Positions 36,754 through 48,902 of a stretch of DNA of 64,000 bases are shown piece by piece. Numbering within the stretch: position 1 is the stretch's first letter; every line of letters begins with the position of its first letter. The notes below the pieces were generated by a model. The model saw only the letters and a list, made by a program, of their open reading frames with translations, ran no database searches and was not told the origin of the DNA. The stretch is from Candidatus Levyibacteriota bacterium (GTDB taxonomy: Bacteria; Patescibacteriota; Microgenomatia; Levybacterales; UBA12049). Both the position numbers and the translations under genes were made by a program. The DNA lies in the NCBI GenBank assembly GCA_016214555.1, contig JACROF010000002.1:136125-200124 (forward strand). Direction: 5' to 3'.

Positions 36754-38661
36754 ATGAGAGTCAACATTGACGGGAAAGCTATATCGCTTAATCCCTCCCA
36801 GTCTATTGGACAGGGCGGAGAAGCGGATGTATACCTTGATAGCAATCGTGCCATTAAGATCTTCAAGCCTCCTACTCATAAAGACTTTGATGGTTTGCCT
36901 CAAGCCCAAAAAAAGGCGGCTGAACGGTTAGTCAGGATGCAAACAAAGCTTGCTGACTTCCCCTCAGGACTTCCATCAAAAGTAGTGACACCTCAGTCAA
37001 TAGTCACTGACACATCGGGCAATAAAATCATCGGTTATACGATGGCTTTCATGCCAGACACCGAGGTTTTGCTGCGATACGCTGAAAAAGGCTTTCGCAT
37101 TCCGGGTATTCCCCAACAGACAGTGGTGGATATCTTTCGGGATATGCACCCAACCGTGTTGGGTATTCACCGACAACAGGTGGTAATTGGCGACTTTAAT
37201 GACCTAAATGTGCTGGTAAAAGGCACTGATGGGTTTTTTATTGACGTCGATAGCTTTCAGTTTGGGAAGTATCCCTGTCTTGCTTACACTCAGCGTTTTG
37301 GTGATCCGCTTCTCATGCGGGAAACCACAATAGCTGAGAGAAAAGAAAAGATGGGGTATTTCACTCTTGCAAAACCCCACAATGAACTCTCTGACTGGTA
37401 TGCATTTTCCATTATGCTGATGCAAAGCCTTTTGTTCGTTGACCCTTATGGAGGAGTATACATTCCAAAAACTCCTGCAGATCAGTTCACCGATCCTGAA
37501 AGGCTCATGCATCGCATAACGGTTTTTCATCCTCAGGTTCGCTATCCAAAACCAGCGATTCCCTTAGGAGTGCTCCCTGATCCGCTACTAGACATGTTCC
37601 AGCGAATCTTTGAGAAAGATCACAGAGGGATTTTCCCTTTAAGTCTTCTTGAAGAAATGCACTGGACAACATGCACCAAGTGCGGCGCAGAGCACGCACG
37701 ACCAGTCTGTCCTGAATGCTCTCACGCAGCACCTGCTGCTGTAAAAGCAGTAGTTACCATTCGAGGAAACGTGATAGCAACAAGAATGTTTCAGACAACA
37801 GGCCACATCGTGTTTGCCTCCTCACAAGGAGGAAAACTTGTATGGCTTTACCACGAAAATGGAAGCTATCGAAGAGAAAACAAGGAAGCAGTACTGAAGG
37901 GGTCATTTGATCCGTTCATGCGGTATCGAATCCAGAGCAATCGGACGCTGTTTGGTAAAAACGGACAGCTCATCACGATCGCTCCTGATAAGACGCCGCA
38001 ACGCTTACAAGTTGACTCTTTTGACAAACTTCCGATCTTTGATGCCAATGAAACTACCCGTTACTGGGTAGCAAACGGTCAACTGCTTCGTGACACCACT
38101 GATCTTGGAGTTTTTTCAGAAGGTCTCTCAACAACCATCGGCAATGTCATGGATCACCAGACCTTGTTTTGGGTCGGAAAGACCTTCGGGTTTGGATTCT
38201 ACCGCGTCGGAGAACTTACTGTTGCATTCGTCTTTGATGCAAAGCAACAGGGAATCAATGACTCGGTTAAATTGCGTATCAGCGGACGACTTGTTGATTC
38301 GACATGTGTTTTCTCAAGCACTCACTGCTGGTTTTTTACCAAAACAGTAGAGCAGGGGAGAACCATTAACCGCTGCACGGCAATCAACCGCAACGGCACG
38401 ATCGAAGCAACAATTGAAGTTGACGACGGAGAAGACTCATGGCTTGGAAAAATCAGAGGTAAATGCGCAACAGGTAATGTTCTTTATTCATCAACAGACA
38501 CAGGTATTGTCCGTGTTGAGGTGGATCAAGAACGGATCTTTGTTGCAAAAACATACCCTGACACCGAACCATACGTTTCGGAGGATACCAATCTTTTTGT
38601 AGGACGTGGTTGCATTTATGCAACTACAGATAAGGAGGTGTACGAGCTCAAATTTACCTAA
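36754..38661 (+). CDS. Ser/Thr kinase-like protein with Zn ribbon and beta-rich C-terminal domain
   Basis: IGQGGEADVY, AIKIF, HRQQVVIGDFNDLNVLV, FIDVDS, CTKC..CPEC. Confidence 0.85.
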   Translation: MRVNIDGKAISLNPSQSIGQGGEADVYLDSNRAIKIFKPPTHKDFDGLPQAQKKAAERLVRMQTKLADFPSGLPSKVVTPQSIVTDTSGNKIIGYTMAFMPDTEVLLRYAEKGFRIPGIPQQTVVDIFRDMHPTVLGIHRQQVVIGDFNDLNVLVKGTDGFFIDVDSFQFGKYPCLAYTQRFGDPLLMRETTIAERKEKMGYFTLAKPHNELSDWYAFSIMLMQSLLFVDPYGGVYIPKTPADQFTDPERLMHRITVFHPQVRYPKPAIPLGVLPDPLLDMFQRIFEKDHRGIFPLSLLEEMHWTTCTKCGAEHARPVCPECSHAAPAAVKAVVTIRGNVIATRMFQTTGHIVFASSQGGKLVWLYHENGSYRRENKEAVLKGSFDPFMRYRIQSNRTLFGKNGQLITIAPDKTPQRLQVDSFDKLPIFDANETTRYWVANGQLLRDTTDLGVFSEGLSTTIGNVMDHQTLFWVGKTFGFGFYRVGELTVAFVFDAKQQGINDSVKLRISGRLVDSTCVFSSTHCWFFTKTVEQGRTINRCTAINRNGTIEATIEVDDGEDSWLGKIRGKCATGNVLYSSTDTGIVRVEVDQERIFVAKTYPDTEPYVSEDTNLFVGRGCIYATTDKEVYELKFT

Positions 38662-38712
38662 ATCGTGAGGCGCTTTGCCTTTCGATCGAGAAAGAAAAAG
38701 GAGTCAACTTCC

Positions 38713-39822
38713 ATGTCCGGATACGTTCGACCATTAACGCTTCCGCCGCACTACGATCCTAAGAATTGCTACCTCGCTGACTACTCCCATCCCGATACGC
38801 GAGTGTTGATGGATGCGGCACTTGTCTGGCGAGGCCAAAACGGGTTAACACCCGTTGGCAACGACGAAGTGATCATCAATGTGACGGCAATCGACAACCA
38901 ACGCGACTTCGTCTTTCCGCCACCTTACGGCACACTCTTTGTGGGTGGCCGATCAGGCACTGGCGCGATGGACGATCAAGCCCGTGCTATGGCGTTCATG
39001 TACAAGTACATGGGCATCATCACAGAGATCAACAACACGCTTGACACCCATGTCGTGTTCCAAGTCTTCTTTGGATGTGCCCATCTAAATAAGGATGGCA
39101 AAAATCCTGCACCCTACACGCAGATCTCGGCTGACGAGTATCGACGGGGTGACTACCGACCAAATCCAGAAATGGCGGCGCAACTAGGCGTTGATCCGGT
39201 CTGGCTGCAAAAGCAGTTTATCTACTACTGCGAGCAGCTGGAAAGTACGGGACGCTACAAGCTGACTATCTGGCCCGATCACTGCCTTCTCGGAACGCCC
39301 GGTCATCAACTGACTGGTGTCATGAACGAGATGCGCATGTTCCACGCATGGGCACGCGGCGCCAATAACAGGCTTGAGGTCAAGGGTGGAAACCCTCTGA
39401 CCGAACACTACTCGGTCTTCAAACCAGAAGTGATGACGACCTGGGACGGTCAAGCAATTCCGGGTGCTCAGAAAAACGTCGAATTTCTTCGACGTCTCAT
39501 GGGTCTTTCCGGACAGCATGCACGCAAAAACAAACGGGTCATCAACATCTTGTGGGGACAAGCACTATCACACTGCGTGGCTTGGGCGATCGACGATTTC
39601 CTCGTGGAGATCAACGCTCAAGACCCAAGTCTTCTGAAGACAGTCTACATCCTTGAAGACTGCTCTTCGCCTGTTTGCGTACCCAACCCTGACGTTCCCG
39701 GAGCCTTCTATGTGGACTTCACACCCGAAGGCCAGGCGGCTCTGGATCGATTCCGCAATGCTGGAATGAACGTCGTGAAATCAACCGACCCAATCGAGAG
39801 CTGGCCAAACATCCAGCTCTAG
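38713..39822 (+). CDS. pncA: nicotinamidase/isochorismatase-family cysteine hydrolase (long PncA-like)
   Basis: IDNQRDF (Asp), LDTH and WPDHC (metal), VKG (Lys), GQALSHCV (Cys). Confidence 0.8.
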   Translation: MSGYVRPLTLPPHYDPKNCYLADYSHPDTRVLMDAALVWRGQNGLTPVGNDEVIINVTAIDNQRDFVFPPPYGTLFVGGRSGTGAMDDQARAMAFMYKYMGIITEINNTLDTHVVFQVFFGCAHLNKDGKNPAPYTQISADEYRRGDYRPNPEMAAQLGVDPVWLQKQFIYYCEQLESTGRYKLTIWPDHCLLGTPGHQLTGVMNEMRMFHAWARGANNRLEVKGGNPLTEHYSVFKPEVMTTWDGQAIPGAQKNVEFLRRLMGLSGQHARKNKRVINILWGQALSHCVAWAIDDFLVEINAQDPSLLKTVYILEDCSSPVCVPNPDVPGAFYVDFTPEGQAALDRFRNAGMNVVKSTDPIESWPNIQL

Positions 39823-39837
39823 CAGAAGGAAACAAAA

Positions 39838-40635
39838 ATGCAATCACAAACAGCAAGCCTCGACGATCTTTTTCAGAGTGCGGTCTCGCAGGGGAGTATC
39901 TCCCCTGCTACGCTTCAAAGCCTCAACATTCAAGACGTTGGGCAAATGATCCAAGGTTGCCTTGGTATCGCAGTCGACGCTGTCACTGCTAGCAAGGTTT
40001 TCCTGGTATCTCTTCTGGTTGATGACTCGTCGTCAATTCGTTTTGCCGGCAATACGCAGGCGATGCGAGACGGCGTCAACTCTGTCCTTGATGCTCTGAA
40101 TGCCGTCAAAAACAAGGACGGAATCCTGGTTTCCTGTCGCTACTTGAACGGGACGGTTCTTTATCCATTTGTCCCGCTCGATCAGGCTATCCGACTTACC
40201 AGCAGCAACTATGATCCATACGGAGGAACTCCTCTGTACGATCAGACTGCTGTACTGGCGGGATCGGTGATCGCTAAAGCACAGGAGTTCATGCTCAACG
40301 GTGTTCCGGTGACATCATCTAGCCTCGTTGTGACCGACGGTCACGATGAAGGTTCGGTGAATTTTCGCCGACCAGAAGCAGTCGAGCCAGTAATCCGAGA
40401 TCTCCTGGTGCAGGAAAAACATATCTTCGCAGCCATGGGAATCGACGATGGTGGCACTACCAACTTCGCGGATATCTTCCGACGGATGGGCTTTCGTGAC
40501 GAATGGGTCATGACCCCATCCAAGTCGGGTCAGGAAATCCGACGGTGCTTCAACATGTTTTCGCAGTCAACAGCGAGCGCTAGTCAAAACGCGACTAGCT
40601 TTTCGCAGACCGCGCAGGCAGGGTTGAACCCGTAA
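39838..40635 (+). CDS. vWA-domain protein (TerY-like)
   Basis: MIDAS LLVDDSSSI, GGTPLYD, VVTDG. Confidence 0.85.
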   Translation: MQSQTASLDDLFQSAVSQGSISPATLQSLNIQDVGQMIQGCLGIAVDAVTASKVFLVSLLVDDSSSIRFAGNTQAMRDGVNSVLDALNAVKNKDGILVSCRYLNGTVLYPFVPLDQAIRLTSSNYDPYGGTPLYDQTAVLAGSVIAKAQEFMLNGVPVTSSSLVVTDGHDEGSVNFRRPEAVEPVIRDLLVQEKHIFAAMGIDDGGTTNFADIFRRMGFRDEWVMTPSKSGQEIRRCFNMFSQSTASASQNATSFSQTAQAGLNP

Positions 40636-40671
40636 CGTTGTCAACTGTTTTACCTCAAATACGAGGTTCTC

Positions 40672-40697
40672 GGTGGGGCGTCGAAAGACGCCCCACC
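40672..40697 (+). terminator. strong hairpin closing the accessory operon
   Basis: GGTGGGGCGTC-GAAA-GACGCCCCACC; no immediate U tract. Confidence 0.65.
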
Positions 40698-40810
40698 AAC
40701 TCACACTCTTCATATCTACTTCTTTTTTAAACAATTCCCATACACTCAAAATTCCATATTCGTCCATCTGTTGAAAAGCGTGAAAATTACTGTTATACTG
40801 GGTCGTACTC

Positions 40811-42618
<1,808 letters not shown>

Positions 42619-42713
42619 TGCAAAAAGTAAAATATAAATATAAAAATTAAGGTACTATATATTTTGATTTTTGAATTTTAAGCTTTGAATTAGCTTGAGG
42701 AGGTGAATATACA

Positions 42714-43229
42714 ATGAACATAACTAAATTATCATCAGGAAAAAATCCAGCAACAGGCGAAATTAACGTCCTCGTTGAGATACCAAAAGACAGTGGAATT
42801 AAATATGAGCTTGATAAAGACTCAGGAATCGTTATGGTTGATCGTTTTTTACATACAGCAATGCGATTTCCATCAAATTATGGTTTTGTACCAAATACGT
42901 TAGCAGACGATGGCGACCCACTTGATGTCATGGTCCTTTCTGAGTATGCAGTAGCACCTGGTACAGCAATTCCGGCAGTTGTTATCGGTATGCTTGAGAT
43001 GGAAGACGAGGCAGGAATCGACACCAAAATCCTTGCTGTTCCATCCAAAAAAATTGATCCACTCTTCGGAGAATTCACAGATATTGCTGACGTACCAGAA
43101 GCAACCAAGAATAAAATTAAGCATTTTTACGAGAATTACAAAAGTCTAGAACCTGGAAAATGGGTCAAGCTCAAAGAATGGAAAGATAAAGCGACAGCAC
43201 TTGAAGCGATAAAAAAAGCTTTAAAGTAG
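42714..43229 (+). CDS. ppa: family I inorganic pyrophosphatase
   Basis: KYELDK, NYGFVP, DGDPLDV, MEDEAGIDTK. Confidence 0.96.
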   Translation: MNITKLSSGKNPATGEINVLVEIPKDSGIKYELDKDSGIVMVDRFLHTAMRFPSNYGFVPNTLADDGDPLDVMVLSEYAVAPGTAIPAVVIGMLEMEDEAGIDTKILAVPSKKIDPLFGEFTDIADVPEATKNKIKHFYENYKSLEPGKWVKLKEWKDKATALEAIKKALK

Positions 43230-43247
43230 CGTCTAGTGACTAGTTGG

Positions 43248-43271
43248 TAGTCCCGATGGACATCGGGACTA
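43248..43271. terminator. hairpin between ppa and gyrA
   Basis: TAGTCCCGATG-GA-CATCGGGACTA. Confidence 0.55.
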
Positions 43272-43300
43272 TATACTAATTTCTAAACGCTAATTTTGTT

Positions 43301-45847
43301 ATGAGTCAACATATAGGAAAATTACAACCAATTGACATCTCAGCTGAGATGAAAAAATCGTATCTTAACTATGCGATGTCTGTCATCGTTGCTCGAGCGC
43401 TTCCGGATGTTCGTGATGGCCTCAAACCTGTTCACCGTCGCATTCTTTACGGCATGCACGAGATGGGGCTTGGGCCATCTGCCAAATTCCTCAAATCTGC
43501 ACGTATCGTCGGAGAAGTCATGGGAAAATACCATCCACATGGCAACATGGCAATTTATGATTCACTGGTCCGACTAGCGCAGGATTTTTCTATGCGTTAT
43601 CCACTCATTTTAGGACAGGGAAATTTTGGCTCAGTTGACGGCGATCCACCTGCAGCTGATAGGTATACAGAAGCAAAACTCCAGGCAATTTCCATGGAGA
43701 TGCTGGCTGATATTGATAAAGAGACGGTGGAATTTACTCCAAATTACGACGGCTCTTTCCAAGAACCCGCCTATCTCCCATCCCGACTTCCAAACCTACT
43801 TCTTATGGGAAGTGAGGGTATTGCTGTTGGAATGGCTACAAAAATTCCACCACATAATCTAGGAGAGGTAATTGATGCGATCCAGTTTATGATCAAGAAG
43901 ACAACGTTCTCTCATGGAGAAGAAGCTCCTATGAAAGAGGCTCCAAAGGTCTCAACGAGTGTTGGAGATGCAAATGTAAACCAATACGAAAAAGCCCCAA
44001 GTATGCTTGCTGATGTGAGCGTTGATGAGCTTTTGCAATTTGTTAAAGGACCTGATTTTCCAACCGCTGGAGCAATTTTTGATATAGCAGAAATCAAAAA
44101 TGCATACATAAGTGGCCGAGGAAAAATCCTTATTCGCGGAAAAGCAGAAATTGAGGAAATAGGTCAAGGGAAATCAGCCATTATTATCACAGAAATTCCA
44201 TATCAGGTTAATAAAGCTGTCCTAGTCAGTCGGATCGCTGATCTGGCAAAGGAGAGAAAAATTGAAGGCATCACCGACCTTCGCGATGAATCTGACAGAA
44301 GAGGACTTCGAGTTGTGGTAGAGCTTAAAAGAGATGCATCACCCAAAAAAGTACTCAACAATCTTTTCAAGCATACATCACTTCAGACGAGCTTTCCTGT
44401 AAACATGGTAGCACTTGTTGATGGAACGCCCCAAACCGTTACACTAAAAATTATTCTTGAGGAATACCTCAAGCATAGATATTTAGTAATAAAACGCCGA
44501 TCTGAATTTGAATTAAGACAGGCTCAAGCTCGACTTCATATTCTAGAGGGTCTCAAAATTGCAGTTGATCATATTGATGCTGTTATCCAAACAATTCGCG
44601 GATCTAAAGACCAAGAAGACGCTAAGAAAAATCTTATTGAAAAGTTCAAACTCTCAGAGATCCAAGCAACGGCAATTCTTGATATGCAACTTCGAAGATT
44701 AGCCGCTCTTGAAAGACAAAAAATTGAGGACGAGCTAACTATGATCAAAGAAACAATTGCGTATCTTGAGGATCTCCTCGCACATCCTGAGAAAATTTTA
44801 TCGGTCATCAGTGAAGAACTAACCCATCTCAAACAAAAATACGCTGACCCAAGACGCACAAGAGTCTTCAAAGGAAAAGTGGATGAATTTTCAGAAGAAG
44901 ACCTTATCCCAAATGAATCAACAGTAATTACGCTAACACAAACAGGCTACATTAAAAGACAGTCCATGAACTCATTCCAACTTCAAAATAGGGGAGGGAA
45001 GGGCGTAAGAGGTATGACCACGAAAGAAGAAGACACTATTACACATATTAAATCAGCGATGACACATGACAATATTATTTTCTTTACCAATAAAGGAAAG
45101 GCATACCAACTCAGAGCTTATGAAATAGATGAGAGTAGCCGTGTCAGTAAAGGCACAGCAATCGTAAATCTTCTTAATATCGAACAAGGTGAAAAGGTTG
45201 AGTCATTTGTCATCACCTCAAAAGACTTAAAAAAAGGTCATATTTTCCTTACAACAAGAAAAGGAACAGTCAAAAAGACAAAAATTAGTGAATTTGAAAA
45301 TATTCGAAGAAATGGCATGATTGCCATTAAGCTTGATGGGGGAGACGAGCTCGTTTGGAGCAACATTTCAACAGGGGACAACGACATTCTTCTTGTTTCA
45401 AGACAAGGGAAAGCTATTCGTTTCTCAGAAACATCAGTAAGGCCTATGGGAAGAGGAACGATCGGCGTTAGAGGTATAAAACTTGGGTCAGGAGATGAAG
45501 TAATCAGTATGGACGTACTTGATAAAACTGATGTAACGGCAGAGTTATTAACAATTATGGAAAATGGCCTTGGTAAAAAAACAGTTGTCTCTCAATTTCC
45601 AAAGCAACAAAGAGGAGGTCAGGGAGTAAAAGTAGCAAAAGTATCTGACAAAACAGGTGAGGTAGCGGTCTCTCAGATCATCCCACCTGGAAGTGAGGAA
45701 TTGATAATCACCAGTAAAAGAGGTCAGGTAGTCAAGCTTGAAATCTCATCAATTCCACGACTCCAAAGAGATACTCAAGGGGTAATTCTTATGCGATTTT
45801 CTAATACCTCAGACGGCGTCGTCGCCGCAACGTGTATCGAGAAATAA
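43301..45847 (+). CDS. gyrA: DNA gyrase subunit A
   Basis: [19 protein letters not shown], GyrA-box QNRGGKG. Confidence 0.97.
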   Translation: MSQHIGKLQPIDISAEMKKSYLNYAMSVIVARALPDVRDGLKPVHRRILYGMHEMGLGPSAKFLKSARIVGEVMGKYHPHGNMAIYDSLVRLAQDFSMRYPLILGQGNFGSVDGDPPAADRYTEAKLQAISMEMLADIDKETVEFTPNYDGSFQEPAYLPSRLPNLLLMGSEGIAVGMATKIPPHNLGEVIDAIQFMIKKTTFSHGEEAPMKEAPKVSTSVGDANVNQYEKAPSMLADVSVDELLQFVKGPDFPTAGAIFDIAEIKNAYISGRGKILIRGKAEIEEIGQGKSAIIITEIPYQVNKAVLVSRIADLAKERKIEGITDLRDESDRRGLRVVVELKRDASPKKVLNNLFKHTSLQTSFPVNMVALVDGTPQTVTLKIILEEYLKHRYLVIKRRSEFELRQAQARLHILEGLKIAVDHIDAVIQTIRGSKDQEDAKKNLIEKFKLSEIQATAILDMQLRRLAALERQKIEDELTMIKETIAYLEDLLAHPEKILSVISEELTHLKQKYADPRRTRVFKGKVDEFSEEDLIPNESTVITLTQTGYIKRQSMNSFQLQNRGGKGVRGMTTKEEDTITHIKSAMTHDNIIFFTNKGKAYQLRAYEIDESSRVSKGTAIVNLLNIEQGEKVESFVITSKDLKKGHIFLTTRKGTVKKTKISEFENIRRNGMIAIKLDGGDELVWSNISTGDNDILLVSRQGKAIRFSETSVRPMGRGTIGVRGIKLGSGDEVISMDVLDKTDVTAELLTIMENGLGKKTVVSQFPKQQRGGQGVKVAKVSDKTGEVAVSQIIPPGSEELIITSKRGQVVKLEISSIPRLQRDTQGVILMRFSNTSDGVVAATCIEK

Positions 45848-45848
45848 C

Positions 45849-46514
45849 ATGACTGAATTAGAATCCAGCAAACTTTCAAGGTCAGAAACTAAGGAAAGTC
45901 TTTCTCCACATCCCTTTGATATATTAATTGTTCATGGTAAAAACTGGAATAAAAGAGAAATTAAGAAAAAAAATCCAGATCATCGACAAGATCCTGAGTT
46001 TTTGTTAAGTAGAGACTCAATCCTATCAACTGTAGCTGCAGCAGAACTTTATCTTGCAGGAAAAACAAAAAAAATCCTCTTCTCAACAGGACAAACGCGC
46101 GAAGGTTTTCCATCAGAAGCACGAGCCATGTATCAACATCTCAGAACATTTTATTCACCTGATGAAATCCCAGATGATGCAATTGAGCTTGAGGAAACAT
46201 CAATTGATAGTGCTTCAAATGCTGAGCAAGTTATTCCTTTGCTAAAAGGAATAAATCCAGAAAATGTTGGCATCCTCACAGTTGGCTATCATACAAAACG
46301 AATAAAACAAATTTATGATAATTACGGTTTTGCATTTCCAGACGAAAACATTCTTTCTTCTGAAAAAGTTCTTGGACTTGATAAGGATCCACAGAGGGGC
46401 ATATTAAAAGCAGTAAGTAATCAAGCGCTTGAATTAGGGCTTAGACATTTGCTTAAAAGAGATCCTCTCGGAACAGGACTCACAAGAAAGGCTACACAAA
46501 TCGTTCGCAAATAA
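45849..46514 (+). CDS. YdcF/ElyC/SanA (DUF218) family protein
   Basis: ILIVHG, FSTG, SEARAM, EETSIDSASNA, YHTKR. Confidence 0.75.
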   Translation: MTELESSKLSRSETKESLSPHPFDILIVHGKNWNKREIKKKNPDHRQDPEFLLSRDSILSTVAAAELYLAGKTKKILFSTGQTREGFPSEARAMYQHLRTFYSPDEIPDDAIELEETSIDSASNAEQVIPLLKGINPENVGILTVGYHTKRIKQIYDNYGFAFPDENILSSEKVLGLDKDPQRGILKAVSNQALELGLRHLLKRDPLGTGLTRKATQIVRK

Positions 46515-46568
46515 ACCTCCCTTTACACCCAAACACTTATTTACCCATCTTTAATGTATAATTACGCT

Positions 46569-47408
46569 ATGATCATTGATGGAAAAGCATTGGCACAGCA
46601 TATTTTAGATAACCTCGCAAAACGAGTTGAGGAGCTAAAGGAGGGAGGTATCACTCCTCATTTAGCGGTCGTACTTATTGGTGATGATGAATCTTCAAAG
46701 GCTTACGTTAGACAAAAAGAGCTCAAAATTCATCAAATAGGGGCTGCAATTACCATCAATCGTTTTGAAAATAACTTCACTGAAGAACAGCTTTTAAGCC
46801 TGATTGCGACATTAAATGAAGATCCCACTATCCATGGAATTATTATTCAGCGTCCACTGCCAGAACATATAGACAATCACACTGTTACAATGTCAACTGT
46901 TGCTGAAAAAGACGTAGACGGATTCCGTGATGATTCTCCATTTGATCCTCCCGTGGGACTTGCTGTATGGAGAATTTTAAAAGAAATCCAACATCATAAA
47001 CACGCTGATACCTCAGTTGAAAAATGGGCACAAACACAACGCATAGTCCTCCTTGGCAAAGGAAGAACAGCAGGACAACCAATTATGAAACTTCTCCGAG
47101 AACATAAAGTGCCATTCACCCTCATCGATAGCAAAACAGAGCAGAGAAAAGAGCTCCTTAATCACGCAGACATTATCATAAGCGCAGTTGGTAAAAAAAA
47201 TATTGTCACAAAAGACGACCTCAACCATAACGCCTCACTCATTGGCGTTGGTATGTTTAGAGGAGACGATGGAAAAATGCACGCGGATTATGATGAAGAG
47301 GAAATCGAAAATGCCGTCGCTTATTTTACCCCCGTACCAGGTGGTGTTGGACCAGTTAATGTTGCAATGCTTTTATCAAATCTTGTAGACGCAGCATCAA
47401 AGTTATAA
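46569..47408 (+). CDS. folD: methylenetetrahydrofolate dehydrogenase/cyclohydrolase
   Basis: IIDGK, HGIIIQRPLP, EKDVDG, TPVPGGVGP. Confidence 0.95.
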   Translation: MIIDGKALAQHILDNLAKRVEELKEGGITPHLAVVLIGDDESSKAYVRQKELKIHQIGAAITINRFENNFTEEQLLSLIATLNEDPTIHGIIIQRPLPEHIDNHTVTMSTVAEKDVDGFRDDSPFDPPVGLAVWRILKEIQHHKHADTSVEKWAQTQRIVLLGKGRTAGQPIMKLLREHKVPFTLIDSKTEQRKELLNHADIIISAVGKKNIVTKDDLNHNASLIGVGMFRGDDGKMHADYDEEEIENAVAYFTPVPGGVGPVNVAMLLSNLVDAASKL

Positions 47409-47446
47409 ACATTGACAGAGCGGCCTAAAGTATCTAAACTCATATC

Positions 47447-47468
47447 TCAGGGGCATCCCTGATTTTTT
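47447..47468 (+). terminator. intrinsic terminator after folD
   Basis: TCAGGG-GCAT-CCCTGA followed by T6. Confidence 0.65.
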
Positions 47469-47482
47469 ATGCCTCCGCACTC

Positions 47483-48073
47483 TTGATGCGAGAAGCTGAA
47501 ATTCCAACATATATTCCAACAAGTCTCGATCTTGCCTCTGAATTTGCAACACTTACTCAAGAACTACAAGCACTTATTGCTGAAGATAAAAAGGAGAAAT
47601 CAGAAAAGGAAAAAAAGTGGTGGAGAGACTCCAGATTTAATAGAAGAGATTATCTTCTAGCTTGCACTCCCTGTTCTCGATTTGCTCTTGGAGACATAAA
47701 AAGGCTTGAGCATAATGCAAGAAATAGCAACGATTTTCTTTCTTCGCTTGGAGTCAACCTTGAAGAGGGAGATGCTGGAATATGGACGCCAATTGGAGCA
47801 AGAAGATTTGAACTTCGCAGGCTTATCATCGAGGCGCCAGCACAAATCCAAGGAGCAATTGCTGTCGGGGCAATCGGAATTGCAGAAAGAGAAAAACAAT
47901 ATTTTCGAAATTGGGCAATTGACTTTAACAACACCTATCACGCGCCCTTTGATAGCAATGAAAATCTCTCTCTTGTTCTTCGGACAAAAGAGGCAAGAGA
48001 CATATGGAGGATCAAAAATCCTCTTAAAGCCTCACCAATTTCAGACGGGTTTCGAAGATTTTCTATGGTCTAA
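47483..48073 (+). CDS. hypothetical protein
   Basis: 196-aa ORF filling the gap; no motif recognised. Confidence 0.55.
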   Translation: MMREAEIPTYIPTSLDLASEFATLTQELQALIAEDKKEKSEKEKKWWRDSRFNRRDYLLACTPCSRFALGDIKRLEHNARNSNDFLSSLGVNLEEGDAGIWTPIGARRFELRRLIIEAPAQIQGAIAVGAIGIAEREKQYFRNWAIDFNNTYHAPFDSNENLSLVLRTKEARDIWRIKNPLKASPISDGFRRFSMV

Positions 48074-48114
48074 TCCTCTAGAAAAACAAATAGTACGTAT
48101 GGTATGATAAATCT

Positions 48115-48891
48115 ATGGCTAAACCAGATTCAAAAAATGCGATTATTGTTGTTGAAAACCTTGTTAAAAAATTTGGGGATTTCACAGCAGTAGATGGTGT
48201 CTCATTTGAAGTACATGAAGGAGAAGTTTTTGGAATTCTTGGCCCAAATGGAGCAGGAAAAACAACAACCCTTGAAATCATTGAAACACTACAAAAACAA
48301 ACAGATGGCTCCATCACTGTTGATGGTATCAATACCATAGAGCACCCCTGGGAAGTAAAGGCAAGAATTGGAGTACAGCTTCAGCAAGCCAATTTCTATC
48401 CTGAGCTAAACCTTATCGAGCTTCTTCGTATGTTTGCTGCTATGTACGACATTGAAGTAAAACCCATGGAGATGCTTAAGAAAGTACAACTTGAAGACAA
48501 AGCAAAAAGCTATGCTAACAAGCTGTCTGGTGGACAAAGACAACGATTCTCAATAGCAACAACCCTTGTTAATAATCCCAGAGTCATATTTCTTGATGAA
48601 CCAACAACCGGACTTGATCCTCAAGCACGTATTAACCTTTGGGAAATGATTCGTGAAATCAAAAAGAGTGGGACAACAGTTGTACTAACGACTCATTACA
48701 TGGAAGAAGCAGAACAGCTATGTGATAGACTTGCTATTATGGATCACGGAAAGATCGTTAAGATTGGAACACCCAAGCAACTTATTACCGATCTTTTAAA
48801 GACAGGATTTAAAAAAGAGGTTAAGGTTCAAGAAGCAAATTTAGAAGATGTGTTTATTAGTCTTACAGGGAGACATCTAAGGGACGAATAA
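48115..48891 (+). CDS. ABC-2 type exporter ATP-binding protein
   Basis: GPNGAGKTT, LSGGQ, FLDEPTTGLDP, TTHYMEEA. Confidence 0.95.
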   Translation: MAKPDSKNAIIVVENLVKKFGDFTAVDGVSFEVHEGEVFGILGPNGAGKTTTLEIIETLQKQTDGSITVDGINTIEHPWEVKARIGVQLQQANFYPELNLIELLRMFAAMYDIEVKPMEMLKKVQLEDKAKSYANKLSGGQRQRFSIATTLVNNPRVIFLDEPTTGLDPQARINLWEMIREIKKSGTTVVLTTHYMEEAEQLCDRLAIMDHGKIVKIGTPKQLITDLLKTGFKKEVKVQEANLEDVFISLTGRHLRDE

Positions 48892-48902
48892 GAATATATA
48901 TT

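Noticed and set aside
47706-48107. Alternative-frame 133-aa ORF
   Set aside because: Overlaps the longer 47483-48073 ORF and has no independent support
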